This document shows, one piece after another, positions 40,487 through 55,144 of a DNA stretch of 64,000 bases; the first letter of the stretch is position 1; each line of letters starts with the position of its first letter. The stretch is from Eledone cirrhosa. Its lineage: Eukaryota. Below the pieces are notes generated by a model. That model had not been told where the DNA came from and made no database searches. It was given only the letters and a program-made list of their open reading frames with translations. The stretch lies in NCBI GenBank assembly GCA_964016885.1, contig OZ024754.1:23250001-23314000 (forward strand), read 5' to 3'. A program made the translations under genes and the position numbers.

Positions 40487-40932
40487 AGCTACCACATCAA
40501 GACGTAAAATATCCACGTATAGATCGTTCTATCCGTTAGGGTATAACGTGAGGCTGTAATACAGGAAAGTTTTGTGAAATTTATGTTTACAAGCCGAAAT
40601 TGCCTCAGATTTTTTGTTTAAGATGTCGTCTGTGGTGTAGAGTATTTCCAGGGCCTCAGCGGCGCAGAGGTCACATGGCCTTTTATTTCCGTTATACGAT
40701 CTAGCCCTAGCTAGGATGTCCCAGGCTAGATCGTGTAATGGAAATAAAAGACCATGTGACCTCTGCGCCGCTGTGGCCCTGGAAATACTCTACGCCACAG
40801 ACGACATCTTAAACAAAAAATCTGAGGCAATTTCGGCTTGTAAACATAAATTGCACAAAACTTTCCTGTATTACAGCCCCTAACGGATAGAACGCTCTAT
40901 ACGTGGATATTTTACGTCTTGATGTGGTAGCT
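40487..40932. repeat. ~445-bp near-perfect fold-back (palindromic, MITE-like)
   Basis: agctaccacatcaagacg...cgatctagcc / ggctagatcg...cgtcttgatgtggtagct. Confidence 0.9.
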
Positions 40933-41997
40933 GAGTATATGTTTTGTTTATACCATTACTTATTTGCATAGGTAAGTATATATTACCTGTATGTTTTGTG
41001 AAGGTACGTATACCTTCTCGTACGTATATTTGATTGTATATGTTATGGCGTATAATTTAATATATTCTGGTACATATGGTTTGGTTATGTGTATATGGGA
41101 GTGTTGCGCCTGTGTGAGTATGCAGGTTCGTACGTATGTAGGGTGTGTGTATATGTGTACTTCATGTTTTGGTTGACTTACGTCTCCGAAGATTTGTGTA
41201 TTTACATGAAGGTATGTGTGTGCGCTTGTTATATACTTATTTATTTAATTATTTATTTATTTGTATACACGCATACACACACACACACACATATTTATAT
41301 GTGCGTGGTTTTGTATACCTATGGTAAGTGTTTTCGCGTATGCTTGTGTATGTACGTATTTGTATGCGTGTATGTATTTATTTAAATTCTATTACTTCTG
41401 TATTGTATTTATTTACTTTGTTCTTAATTCTGAAGCGGAGATTTATTCGGTCTCCTAGTTAGAATTTTAGTCTACGATTTCTGCTATACCATTTACGTGG
41501 TTTTGTCTTTGCGTGCAATTGTTCTCCACGATCCACATATGACGTATTATCTTCGTTTTTTTCGTTCATTGAACGTCTCTATGAACCACCTAAGAGAACA
41601 TTAGTCTACGACCTCTTTTATACCATAAACGTGGTTCTGTCTTTGCGCGTAATTGTTTTTCACCGCTCCTATTAATGACGTATTATATTCGTTTTTTCCC
41701 GTTCTTTGCCAGGGAACGTTCCCACGAACCAAAGTATCGTCTTCCTATCTTCCTCCGGTTGCAATGTTTTTTGAAATATCCAATTCTGCGTTTACAGATT
41801 GACTTTGTTAGTTTCAGAAGATCCCGTTAAGGGTGAAAGTAGCGATTCTTTGCTTAAACTTTAATCTGTTATTTTAATAAATATTTGCTCTACGGTTCTT
41901 ATATATTTGATATATATTTATCCTTATCGAGCCCTCTTTGAATTTTAGTCTTCAAATTTATTATTATTACTATTATTATTATTACTATATATATATA

Positions 41998-42451
41998 TAT
42001 ATTGTTATACTTGGGGAGGGTCATATTTGTGTAATATTGCCAGAATTAATAACAGAACACACTCACTGTTTGATTGGTTTTCGCTTTACTCTTCTGTGTC
42101 TTTTATATCGGTAATCTAATATACTCGGCCCTCAATGTTGCCATAGACAGACTGAATAAAAATGGCGTAGCCATACAATTCAACAGGAGGAAACAATAGC
42201 ACCACTGACGATGTTGCAGATGTGCAACGAAAGATTTATGATAAACTATATATATGTGTTTGTGTCTATATTGTATCTGTATTATTTTTGACCGTCGGTC
42301 AGTCAATGGCAACATTGAGGACCGAGTATATTAGATTACCGATATAAAAGACACAGAAACGAAAAGCGAAAACCAACCAAACAGTGAGTGTGTTCTGTTA
42401 TTAATTCTGGCAATATTACACAAACATGATCCTCCCCAAGTATAACAATAT
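41998..42451. mobile_element. Fold-back of pLTR ends related to the 11-13.9 kb PLE (~145-165-bp arms), with an HHR at 42201-42243 (+) in the loop
   Basis: Both ends are ..CCCAAGTATAACAATAT, as at 23408. CA-CTGACGA-T-GTTGCA-gatg-TGCAAC-GAAA-GATT-TA-TG. Shares aaaatggcgtag with the 23.1-kb pLTR. Confidence 0.75.
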
Positions 42452-43289
42452 TTGTTTCGACACACGATTTCATATAAAAATCCTCGCAAAACTAATTCAT
42501 CGCCGTTATATATATATAAAGATATATATACTCTTACGTGTATACATCTGAAAATGTAAATATGTATGTAAACACATACCTAAACATACATGTATATACA
42601 TATAGATGGACAGTTATACATATACAATAATATATTTCTATACATACATATACCACAAGTAAGGCATGGTGCTGCCAACTAACCAGACCTCCCTCATAAT
42701 GGACCAGATAGACCTCAAAATACAGGTCTGCTAGCCAACACACAGTCCAAATAAGTGTAAGTTAAAGTGCAGCTATCTGGACAGACTTGTCTTAAGACTA
42801 CTCATTATCCTACTACATCATTTGTATACTATATATATACTTTATATATACTGTTTATATATATATATACACACATGTAATTGTGTATTCAAACATTATC
42901 TTAGGAATGAAATAATTAATAATTTTAGTAAATTGTTCAAAGTTCTTCATTAACCCTTTTGGTAGAAACCTAGCTAAAATTGGTTCTCGTTCTATGGAAA
43001 TGGTTCCTATCTAAATTAAAGTCTTCCAACGAAATTCTGTATAACAACCATATGTTAAGTTACTATGTTAGTAATTAACTAACAATTGTGATAAATCGCT
43101 CAAAATTATTTATAATTAATCGAAATACGAGGTTCATAATTATAATGAAATCTTCAAATAAGCTACGAAGCCGGTAAACCTTAAAGGTACGCAACACACA
43201 CATCGCCCCTTCCTTCCTCAATCATTACCTAGATGTGTTTGTATGTAATAATTATTTTGTAGTGTGTCTCTATTTATGAATATGTATGA

Positions 43290-44487
43290 GTAGATGTGTA
43301 TGTGTGTGTGTAACACAGTAGATGTGTCTGTATGTAACACAGTAGATGTGTGTGTATGTAACTCAGTAGATGTGTGTGTATGTAACTCAGTAGATGTGTG
43401 CGTATGTAACCCAGTAGCTGTGTGCATGTAACACAGTAGATATGTGTATGTAACACAGTAGATGTGTGTGTGTGTAACACAGTAGATGTGGGTGTATATA
43501 ACTCAGTATATGTGTGTGTATGTTACACAGTAGATGTGTATGTAACACAGTAGATGTGTGTATATGTAACACAGTAGATGTGTTTGTTTGTAACACAGTA
43601 GATGTGTGTGTATGTAACACAGTAGATTGTATGTAACACAGTAAATGCGTATATCTAACACAGTAGATGTGTGTATGTAACACAGTAGATGTGTGTGTAT
43701 ATAACACAGTAGATATGTGTAACACAGTAGATGTCTGTGTGTGTAACAGTAGATATTTGTATATGTAACACAGTAGATGTGTGTGTATGTAACACAGTAG
43801 ATGTGTGTGTAGGTAACACAGTAGATGTGTGTGTATGTAACACAGTAGATGTGTGTGTGTATGTAATACAGTTGATGTGTGTAAGTAACACAGTAGATGT
43901 GTGTATGTAACACAGTAGATGTGTGTGTATATAACACAGTAGATGTGTGTGTATGTAACACAGTAGATGTGTGTGTATGTAACACAGTAGATGTGTGTAT
44001 TTAACACAGTAGATGTGTGTGTATGTAACACAGTAGATGTGTGTATGTAACCCAGTAGATGTGTGCATATAACACAGTAGATATGTGTAACACAGTAGAT
44101 GTGTGTGTAACAGTAGATATTTTTATATGTAACACAGTAGATGTGTGTGTATGTAACACAGTAGATGTGTGTGTAGGTAACACAGTAGATGTGTGTGTAT
44201 GTAACACAGTAGATGTGTGTGTGTATGTAATACAGTTGATGTGTGTAAGTAACACAGTAGATGTGTGTATGTAACACAGTAGATGTGTGTGTATGTAACA
44301 CAGTAGATGTGTGAATGTAACACAGTAGATGTGTATGTAATACAGTAGATGTGTGTATGTAACACAGTAGATGTGTGTGTATGTAACACAGTAGATGTGT
44401 GTGTATGTAACACGGTAGATGTATGTATGTAACACAGTAGATGTGTATGTATGTAACACAGTAGATGTATATGTAACTAAAGTGTAA
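43290..44487. repeat. Minisatellite, ~20-24-bp unit gtaacacagtagatgt(gt)n
   Basis: About 50 tandem copies. Confidence 0.95.
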
Positions 44488-45116
44488 CATATGTTACGAA
44501 TGGACGACTAAATGACTTTAACTTTTTTGTTAACAATTTATGGTGGAAAAGATTTTAAATTGTCTCAACTCAGACCATAAAGGGCCGCACCACATGGAGT
44601 CTGACACTCTTACCGGCTACATAGCCTGGGAGTTTATTTTACCGGGACCGGTTACATAGCTTCTTCCTAAAATCTTCCAACATAATTTTATACAAGGACC
44701 ACATGTGAAGTTACTAATAAAATAATTAATAATTAAAAACTTTAGTAAATCCTGTAAATGATATCTCAGTAATGAAATAATTAATAATTGTTATAAATAC
44801 CTCAAAATTCCTCATTAATTAAACCCAAGACAGGCAAAAACTCCAGAGTCTTTCAGTCGGACATGAAACAAATTAGTTTCTAATGGAAAAAGAAAAGATT
44901 TTAAAGTCAGCCAAGGGAGATCACTCTCAGCGACTTATTGTAAATCTTGTTAGTGAATGAATCCGGATTAAATTATTCTGGTTTATATTGTGTGGAGGAA
45001 ACCGGGTTTACGCGGTGATAGCGCGTAATTCAAGAACGTATGGTTGGTGAGTTCGAATCCCGGACCAGGCGGTCTGGTTTTGTCTCGCTGAATCTCCCTG
45101 AGAACTGCGTATATAC

Positions 45117-45737
45117 TAGTGACTATTAGACATAGTGTATCTAGGACTACATTATCTAATGTACAGTATAGTAGTTAGTATTAGTGACAATCAGACATGG
45201 TGTATCTAGGACTACATTATCTAATGTACAGTATAGTAGTTAGTATTAGTGGTTATCAGACATAGTATATCTAAGACTACATTATCTAATGTACTGTATA
45301 GTAGTTAGTATTAGTGGGTATCACACATAGTATATCTAAGACTACATTATCTAATGTACTGTATAGTAGTTAGTATTAGTGGCTATCAAACATAGTGTAT
45401 CTAGGACTACATTATGTAATCTACCGTATAATAGTTAGTATTAGTACCTACCAGACATAGTGTATTTAAGACTACAGTATCTAATATACAGTATAGTAGT
45501 TAGTATTAGTGGCTATCAGAGATAGTGTATCTAGGACTACATTACCTAATGTGCAGTATAGTAGTTAGTATTAGTGGCTATCAGAGATAGTGTATCTAGG
45601 ACTATATTACCTAATGTGCAGTATAGTAGTTAGTATTAGTGGCTATCAGACATAGTATATCTAGGACTACATTATGTAATGTTCAGTAGTTAGTATTAGT
45701 GGCTATCAGACATAGTGTATCTAAAACTACATTATCT
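45117..45737. repeat. 65-bp minisatellite (tagtggctatcagacatagtgtatctaggactacattatctaatgtacagtatagtagttagtat)
   Basis: About 9.5 tandem copies (starts at 45117, 45182, 45247...). Confidence 0.95.
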
Positions 45738-47252
45738 GAACGGCGCATAGCAACCAAGCCTGACAGTAAGGTGTTCTGGAAATATGTACACTCAAAGCAG
45801 CGGCCTCCCTCTCCAGTTAGTCGTCTTCACAATCCCCACACAAAACAGATTACTGACGACCCCAAGGAACGTGCAGAGCTCATTTCTGAATGCTATGCAG
45901 GCATTTTCACTGTTGAAAACGAAAATTTACCATCTCCATCAACTCTGACATCTGATTCTATTACAACTATGGAATTTTACACCTGCAATGCTGCGACGTC
46001 ACCTTAAGAATAGACGCAACCATGCCTATTCTGGTCTTGAATGTGTTACGTACCTGCTTCTCAAACGTGGTGGGTACATCCTTCTGCATCAGCTATCACT
46101 CTTCTTTCAATTCTATCTGAACAACAGTGGAAAACTCCCAGTGCCATTCCTATGTTCAAAAAGGGTGACCTGTCAAATATCGTCCAGTCAGTCTTACTAG
46201 CTGCATTGCCAAACTGATAGAATCCTGTGTCAGAGAAACTCTTTGGAACTTCTGGAACTCTCATAGTCTTATCCGGCCCTCGCAATTTGGATTTATCGCT
46301 AACTCCAGCTGGTGTGATCAACTTATCAAGTTTCTTGAAGACATAACCCGGATTAGTGATGGCGGCTCGTGGGTGGATGTTGTTTACCTTGACTTTGCTA
46401 AAGCTTTCAATTCTGTGCCACACAAAAGACTTATGGCAAAACTCTCTGCAATGGGTGTGAAGGATGATCTTTTTAACTGGTTGATGTACTTCTTTCTCCG
46501 TCGAAGAGAGGTAGTCACGGTTCTAGGACAACATTCCTCACCGTATGAGATGTCATCTGGTGTACCACAGGGATCTGTTCTTGGTCCCTTTTTGTTTGTT
46601 GTATATATTAATGATGCCAACTTAAAGAATGCCACAGTCCTGAAATATGCAGATGACATCAAGCTGCACCTTGAGATAAAAAGGACAGATCCTGAACACA
46701 ATAGATCTTTCCTGCAATCTGACCTGGACACAATGCAATAATGGATCACGGACTGGAAATTTTTCAGAGACGTGCAACCAAGCGAATACCCTCCATCAGG
46801 AATCTACCGTACACTGAACACCTTGCTTCCCTGGGCATGGATACATTGAAGCTCCAACGTCTGGCAACTGAGTTGGTAAACACCCACAAGATTATTAACC
46901 ATCTTGCCATCAACAAGCCTCAGCATCTTTTTGATTTCCATATGTCTAACACACGTGGGCATGCCTACAAAGTCAGAAAACAGCACAGCTCCCATGACTT
47001 TCGGAAACATCTTTTCACACTCAGAGTTGCTGAAACATGAAACAAACTACCTGCGTCCATTAAAACCTTCATGCTTTCTGAAATTCACCAACACTACACC
47101 TGATATCCCTCCTTCATACACACGCACACATGTATATTATGACTCATACACTGTTCATTTTCCTGGCATTTGAACATTATTATCTGTACTATACATGCAC
47201 CTTTGATGAGCTGCAGTGCACCTGAGCACTGTACACAATAATTTATTATTAT
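45738..47252 (+). mobile_element. CR1-clade LINE, 5'-truncated and decayed RT plus 3' UTR
   Basis: KVFWKYV, DVVYLDFAKAFNSVPH, SGVPQGSVLGP, KYADDIKL, QRRATKRIP, NTRGH; 3' hairpin and (ATT)n tail. Confidence 0.9.
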
Positions 47253-47969
47253 TCTATATATAGTGTATATAATAGGTGTAATGTCACTGCTCCCAATCTA
47301 TATCAGCCATTCCCTTAGACAACATGATATATAGTCTATATATATTGGACAATATCATATTTAGTGTATATGTGGTGTATATAGTAGTTAGGATAATATT
47401 CTATATACATATGTACACACAAACTGACAAACATGTATATACATATAGAAGGGTCGGATGAGGAGTTCATAGACTGACCAAGTTACTCTCATGGAATGAG
47501 ACAAGGTATACATACAAATATATACTTATACATATGTATACTAACATATATTTTATAGTGAAGTCATACAACATATGGTAATATCATGTTTTCAACTCTC
47601 AGTTAGGGAGGTACATTGTGTCCTTAAGCAAGACACATCATTCCACATGTCTCACAGCTGAAAAAGACAAGTAGCAGAATTAGTTGGAGGTTTAGTATGG
47701 GTTAGATCTCTTCCTCCAACATGTTCACTTCAGCCACAAACCCAGGCTTTACTACCTTCAAAAGAGGGAAGAGGAAGATAGTTAAATACCGGGACCTGAC
47801 TAACCACTCCCTCCCTCTTTGTCCCCACACTGCCCTTACTAGCCCCAATAAACTATGCGATTACTACTACTAGCCCTGCACTAAAGAATTTTTGTTTACC
47901 GTTATCTTACTTACTTGTACTTGATAGGTTGAGCCGGCTTCTTCCCTTGTCCTGACGGCATCCCGAACT

Positions 47970-50147
47970 ATGGCAGTCAATGGCATAGTTGAAGAGAGTT
48001 GGCGATAGCGCACACCCCTGCCGAACACCGGTCCCAACATCGAACGACTCCGTCTCCCCACCATAGACCCTCACTCGAGCCCGAGTCGACCGGTAGTAGC
48101 CTTGTATGAGATGAAGCAGCTTCACTGGCATGCCGTCCGCCTGCATTATACGCCATAGGGCTTCCCGATCTACTGAGTCGAAGGCAGCTGCAAAGTCGAT
48201 GAAGCAGAGGATGGTAGGCTGTTGATGTGCCCACCGTTGTTCCAGGAAACGCCGGAGAATGAAGATTTGATCAACGCACCCCCTCCCCAGACAGAAGCCG
48301 CCCTGAGAAGGACTGGTATAGACATCACGGATGGCCTGGAACCTCTTCAGCAGAAGAATTGCGAAGGTTTTGGCAGCAATGTCAATTAAACTGATACCTC
48401 TGGAGTTGGAACACAGTTTCCTGTCGCCTTTTTTGAAGAAGGGTAGGAGAGTTGCCTCGCTCCAGTCACCAGGGAACCGCTCCATCGCCCACACCGAGTA
48501 GAAGACTCGATGGAGCCAAGCAGGCTCGGCCTTGTAGACCTCAGCCGGAACGCCATCTTCGCCCGGCGCCTTGTGTTCCGGAGATGTATCAGGACACTAC
48601 GTACCGCTTCGACCGTTGAAGGGGCAGTGCTGCACCCGTGTTCTTCTCCGGAAGGCTGCACGTAGGCTGGCGTGGGTGGTTGAGCAGCTCGGAGAAATGG
48701 TCCCGCCATCGGACTAGCAGGTCATTAAGATTGGTAATGACCACCCCGTTCCAATCACAGATCGTCTTGCTGATACCCATACTGCTTCGGCTGGCCCGCT
48801 TCACCAGTTGGTAGAGCTTGCGCGAGTCACCACAGGCTGCTGCCCTCTCCGTCTGCTCCGCAAATTCGCGCCAGTGCGCATTCCGATCGGCCCGAATAGC
48901 CTGAGATGTGCGACGTCGGAGATCTCGAAGCTTGGGTGCACCCTCGAGTCGAGCCACTCTCGCCCTCTCCGCGAGTTCAAGAGTTCCGCCGGAGATACAG
49001 TCCCGATGGCGTCTTTGGGTCGACCCAAGATGCTCTCTGACCACCTCAACCGTTGCCGCCCTGAGCGCGTTCCACTCCTGCTACGGTTGCTGTTCCACCT
49101 CGTTACTCAACATTTGGAATCAGTTTCACAGCTCTAGCCGGAAAGCATTTCCAGCATCGAACTTGAGTCGCGAGATGTCGATCCTTTTCTGGGGTTGGGA
49201 GGAGGTTTCGCCCGCAGCCGCAGACGAAGGGTTGCGCTCGAACAAGAGTATGGTCTGACCCATGCTCACTGCCCGTATCAGCGACAATGAGAACATCACT
49301 GGAGGAGACGCCATCCACGGTTTTTTGGAGATCGGCATAGAACTGCGTCTTGTCCACCTCGTCCGCATTGAGTGTGGGAGCGTAGACGGCAATTACGCTG
49401 ACGTTGGAGATTTGACTCTTCAATCGAACCAGCGCGAGTCGGTGTGAGATCCGCTGCCACGCCAGCATAGCCGCTTGCGCGTCGGGGCTGAGCGCTACAG
49501 CAACCCCATCAAGGTCACTGTTGTCAGTCACGCCACTATGGTACAAGTGGTAGGAGATGTCCTCGCCAGGAACTTTGATCGGAAGATGACCAACAGCGGT
49601 GAGTCGAACTTCTGAAAGGCAAGCGACACTAACGCAGTACCTGTGCAGAGCCTTCATTGTAAGTGCCTGGACACCGTTGTCACGAAGTGTTCGGACGTTC
49701 CAGCACGCCACCCTCAATTCCTTCCTTCATCTGAAGAGCGGGACTACTGTGGGGGTAGTCTGTAGAGCCATAGCGGTAGGAGCGCTGTTGCTTGCGGGAA
49801 GGAAATTCGTATTCTTAGTTCATATTTGTAGGATTCATGGAAGAAGTGTGATGGCAGTAGTGAATTCACAAGCAGTCCCCCCCCCCCCCAAAACCCGCAT
49901 GTATATCCCGAACGAGAGGAAAAAACGTCCTGTTTGCCGCCGATTCTCCATAGATGCAGGGACAGAAACGACCCGAAATCGCCGGTTACCGGAACAGACA
50001 ACTTTTGGATTTTCACCAGAGCCCCTTTTGCCGGGTTGCGGCCCTAATACCAGACCAATCCGCCTTGGGTCCCTACCAGGAACCGAAGTTCCAGACGGCA
50101 TAGCTCTGACACTACCCGTTGTCACCGTCCTGCCACATTGAGGAGAG
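47970..50147 (-). mobile_element. RTE-clade LINE (5' UTR, EN, RT up to motif B), 3'-truncated and decayed
   Basis: VACWNVRTL..ACLSEVR, YAPT, KKGDRKLCSNSRGISL, FIDFAAAFDSVDR, GVRQGCALSP. Confidence 0.9.
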
Positions 50148-50334
50148 GTTGGACTTTACCGTTATCTATGGAGGAGCGAAGGATAAATAGAACAACCCCG
50201 AATAAATAAATGAATATGAATCTGCGAGTTACCAAGCACCCATGCGAAGCTTTAATTCAGAGATAGGAAGCATACACACTCCACTGCAAAAATTCACCTT
50301 TTCCCACGAATGATGGCAAATGTCCAAAACTCTG

Positions 50335-51220
50335 AGTTGGAACCAACAACGTAAGCACAATGAATGGAAGGGCAGGAGAAATTGTAGAAATGCCAGAGTG
50401 AAAGGAAATTGATGTATGCTGTGTGCAAGAGACTAGGTGGAGAGGAGAGTCCGCTAGAGTCCTTGTAGACAAAAGTCAGTGCTATAAATATTTCTGAGTG
50501 GCAAATGACAACGGGATGGGTGGTGTAGGTATACTATTAGCTGACAAATGGGTAGATAAGGTAATCTCAGGGAACAGGGTGAACGCATGAATCATTAAAC
50601 TCAGACTAGTCCTGAATAAAACAATTGCCACAATATCATCTTACGCAACCCAATCGGGGTTGCCAGACGAACTTAAGAATAAGTATTACGAGTCCTTAAT
50701 GCACACTACTGCCCTAACAAACGACAATGACTTCATAATCATTGCAGGGGAATTTAACCGTGACGGCTTCTAAGAGTCCATGGAGGCTACGGGTTTGGCA
50801 CAAGAAATGAAGAAGGCTTCAGGCTTCTAGAATTCTGTGACGCCAATGACATGTCGATATGTATCACAAATTTCCCAAAACCCGACAACCATCTGATCAC
50901 CTATAGATCAGGGGAGCATTCTAGTCTGATAGATTTTATCCTTATCAGAGGAAACGATAGATGAACAGTTGTAAACACAAAAGCCTTTCATGTGAGGAAT
51001 GTACCTCCCAACATAACTTAGTTGTCAGCGACCTCATTGTCAGAACTAGATGAACTTGGAAACAGAAGGCAACCTGGAGAAAAAAGTTCTGGAAGCTGAA
51101 AGATCCCCCAGCCAGTAACAGATTTAAAGATATCTTACTCGATGCCTATGACAGTAAAGAAGAACAGATACCGACATTTAATATAGAAGAGCACTGGGAG
51201 TTCCTGAAAAACTAATTTAC
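50335..51220 (+). mobile_element. Decayed RTE-type APE endonuclease region
   Basis: Manual translation: VGTNNVSTMNGRAGEIVEM..IDVCCVQETRWRG, GVGILL, SYATQSG, GYGFGTRNEEG, IDFIL; many stops. Confidence 0.8.
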
Positions 51221-51297
51221 GGACAAGACTTATGGTTGTAGGCAATGGCTGATACAGCTTGGCACCAGTGACATCACAACATATCATCATCATCTTC

Positions 51298-51450
51298 GTT
51301 TAACGTCCATCTTCCACGCAAGCATGGGTTAGACGGGAGTTGTCCCACTTGAGGCAAGGTAGGTCGGGTGACCGTGTCTCACTCATATAGGACTATCTGG
51401 CAGGTTTTCTACGGCTGGATGCCCTTCCTAACACCAACCACATTTACAGT
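51298..51450 (-). mobile_element. RTE-UTR-related SINE tail; further copies at ~31280-31400, 55550-55715, 55850-55970, 58035-58200, 62890-63040
   Basis: Shared GGTTGGTGTTAGGAAGGGCATCCAGCCGTAGAAA motif and an (ATG)n-type tail. Confidence 0.6.
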
Positions 51451-51512
51451 GTGGAACTGGGAATTTTTACCGTGTTGCCTATTCGGCCACATTACAGCGT
51501 GGACTGTGTGTG

Positions 51513-51664
<152 letters not shown>

Positions 51665-51736
51665 CACGGTGTACAGTATATATTATACACTATATATATT
51701 ATACAGTATATATACAGTATATATACAGTATATATA

Positions 51737-51921
51737 TGTCCAAGAGAAAGGCTATGACCGATACAGCTTGGCACCAGTTACATCACAACTCATTTCTACA
51801 GCTGAATAAACTGGAGCAACGTGAAATAGAGTGTCTTGCTCAAGGAAACAACACATCACACGGTCCGAGAATCGAATTCACCACCTTTTGATAGTAAGCC
51901 CAATGATCTAACCACTAAGAC
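51737..51921 (-). mobile_element. CORE-type tRNA SINE, family B
   Basis: Homologous to 31461-31591 and continues into the gtccaagagaaagg..gatacagcttggcaccag body. Confidence 0.75.
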
Positions 51922-52019
51922 ATGATACGTTCCAGAACCAACCGTGATATAGAGAGACCATAAAGACAACCGTTGTTTTCATAGTTTAAGCCTTAAAATA
52001 CTGCATTATGTACATGCTT

Positions 52020-52203
52020 GGCGGATTGGCAGTATCGGTAGAGGGTCGGACGTTATGCTTTCCAGCATAGTTACGTCCCTTTACGATCTGAGTTCAAATC
52101 CCGCCGAGGTTAACTTTGCCTTTCATCCTTACGGGGTCGATGAAATAAAGTACCAGTAACGCACTGGGTAATTGCTGGCCTTGTGCCTAAAGTAGAAACA
52201 ATT
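52020..52203 (+). mobile_element. tRNA-derived SINE, family A
   Basis: Near-identical to the other family A copies. Confidence 0.85.
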
Positions 52204-52809
52204 ATGTACATGCTTTATGTACATATTAATTCATTAAAACATACTTTTGTATTTAAACACCAAAAACAGCCAGTAACAATCGTATAGAAACTACCACCAA
52301 CCATCGTACCACTAGTTACCAATGAGGACCATTGCCAGCCACGGTAGCCACTTGGTAATACACTGCACATCTCCCGTCAGTCTATGAAGGGTTTGTAGTA
52401 GATTAGAGAAAAACACAATCAGTAAAAGAGTAATGGAATGAAAATTTAAAACATTTTATCATAGTTAAAGCCTTAAGATGTCCCTTCCTTACGATATACA
52501 CTTTAATAACATTGAAACTTATTTAATAAGTTTAAAATTTAAACTTATCGTACGCGATAAGAAAATAGCTATGTTCTAACGAAAAATCCGTTCTTAGCTA
52601 AATTACCATGTATGTGTGAGTCCAGTTATGGCATCACTGTTTATTAGGGGAGGCACTTCCAAACAGACCCTTCATTAGGCATGCTGACAAATATATTAAA
52701 AAGTTCTTTCCTCAAACAATTTTCACCCCAAACAGAGGAGAGTTTCATATTGTCAAAAAGGGAGGTAAATCTTTAGTAGTGGAATTGTCAGGCTTAATTA
52801 TATATGTAA

Positions 52810-53450
52810 TTAGACATACCTAGGAGTAGTTGATAGCTTTTGCAATCTATGTGACTTAATTAACAGTGGAGGAGGCTGCTCTGAAAGATGTATAGCTAGA
52901 ATAAGGATAGGATGGAAGAAGGTTAGAGAGCTACTGCAACAGTTGACCACAAAAGGTTTCTCTCTCTGTACAAAAGGACGACAGTATGACACATGTGGGT
53001 GATGTGCAATGATGTATGGTAACGAAACAAGGGCTGTGACTGCAGAGGATATGTAGACTGGAGAGAAATGAAACAACCATGCTTTGTAGGATATGTTATG
53101 TAAGTGTGAGAGAAGGCAGATCTAGGACGAGTTCAAGAAGAAGCTGGGTTTAAGAGTGATCTGAAATGGTGTGTAAGAGAGAAGACTGTGTTTGTACGAC
53201 ATGTGATGCACATGGATAATGACCACTGGGTGAAGGAGTGCCAGGAAATCCCAGTAGAAGGAAGCCATAGTAGAGGTAGACCAAGAAAGACCTGGACAGA
53301 GGCTGTGTGAACTGACTTCAAACAACTGACTCTCACAGAGGAGATGACAAAGGAACACGACGTGTTGAAAGATGCCATGTTGAGAAGGACATGTTCAACC
53401 AAGCAAGCATGTAAAAGAGACATAAAAACAATGATGTTGATGACGATGAC
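52810..53450 (+). mobile_element. RTE LINE 3' fragment with (ATG)n-like tail
   Basis: YLG..ARIRIGWKKVRELL..KGRQY..MMYGNET..RGRPRKTW. Confidence 0.8.
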
Positions 53451-54029
53451 GTACATATACACACAAACATACACAAATAAATCAAATACAGATATGCACA
53501 TACGTATATACAAACATAGAATCAAATATATATATATGGACACAAATTTCTACACACATACATTCACATATATATAACGTATGTAAATTCTGAATCATAC
53601 AGATTTGTAAGCCAAACTCTTGGTTACAACTTCTACAAATAAAATGAGAGGAGAATAATTTCTTAACAAAACAGTTTTATTCAAAATATTAACAACATTG
53701 GTGGCACTATTTTCGGTGAGTGATATGGTTTTTATATTGTCTGATTGTGTTGCTTTAAGTAATCTTTACAAGAAAATGATTTACCACAGACATCACAATG
53801 ATATGGTTCCTCTCCTGTATGTGTTAGTGTCTAGTGAAGCCACAACATTTAGAGAAGGATTTACCAAATATATCAAAGTGATATGGCTTCCCAGCTGTAT
53901 GTATATGTTTGTGTGTAGTTAATGTAACATTCAAAGAGAATGATTTCCCTCAGATGTCACAATGTTATGTATTTGTATTCTCATTAATTCACAAATTTGA
54001 GGGAATGATTTATCACTGATGTCAATGCG

Positions 54030-54575
<546 letters not shown>

Positions 54576-55012
54576 TTATATAAACAGTGTTATATAAGTT
54601 CTGTTTAGAAAATTTTAGTCTTCAAATGATGATAAATAGAAGTGATGTATCCAAGATTGAAAATAATAATTTATCCCAATGTCATCTGATATTCTAAAAT
54701 AAGAAAGAAACATTATGAGATAATACAGAATACTTAAGAAGCAGAGATAGATTTAACAGTGGAAATTTTATATTTCTATATTGGTAAACTGTAGATATCA
54801 ACTTTCCTGTCCAGTGCAATTCTCTCCAATATAAGCAGTGGTATTCCAGCATGCTATATAAGTTATATCTTTCTATCGCTTCAGAGGTCTGCTCTATGGC
54901 AGTTTAATAAAAGATTTATTCTTATAGGACTTATAAGAGAGAAACAGTATGAGATAATAGAGAATACTTAAAATACAGGGATAGATTTAACAGTGGAAAC
55001 TTTATATTTTTA

Positions 55013-55144
55013 CCATATTTCCGTGTCGAAGACGTTACTTTTTCCCTAATATAAGTCTCAAAAATCTACCATCTGTCTGGAGGCCGAAGGTTGTTTATTA
55101 TTTTTTATCAAAATTTTGGACGACTTCGGCGCCGGTAAATACGG
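55013..55144. mobile_element. pogo/Tc1-type MITE with TA TSD
   Basis: TA|CCATATTTCCGTGTCGAAG...CTTCGGCGCCGGTAAATACGG|TA. Absent from the paralogous segment at ~54770-54795. Confidence 0.7.

Noticed and set aside
41811-41850. CAGAAGA-TCCC..GGGT-GAAA hammerhead look-alike (also inverted at ~60485-60525)
   Set aside because: The core has A instead of the invariant U in both copies, and there is no NUH or stem I.
43218-44490. His/Cys/Thr-rich ORFs up to 367 aa
   Set aside because: Stop-free frames of a 20-24-bp minisatellite, not zinc fingers.
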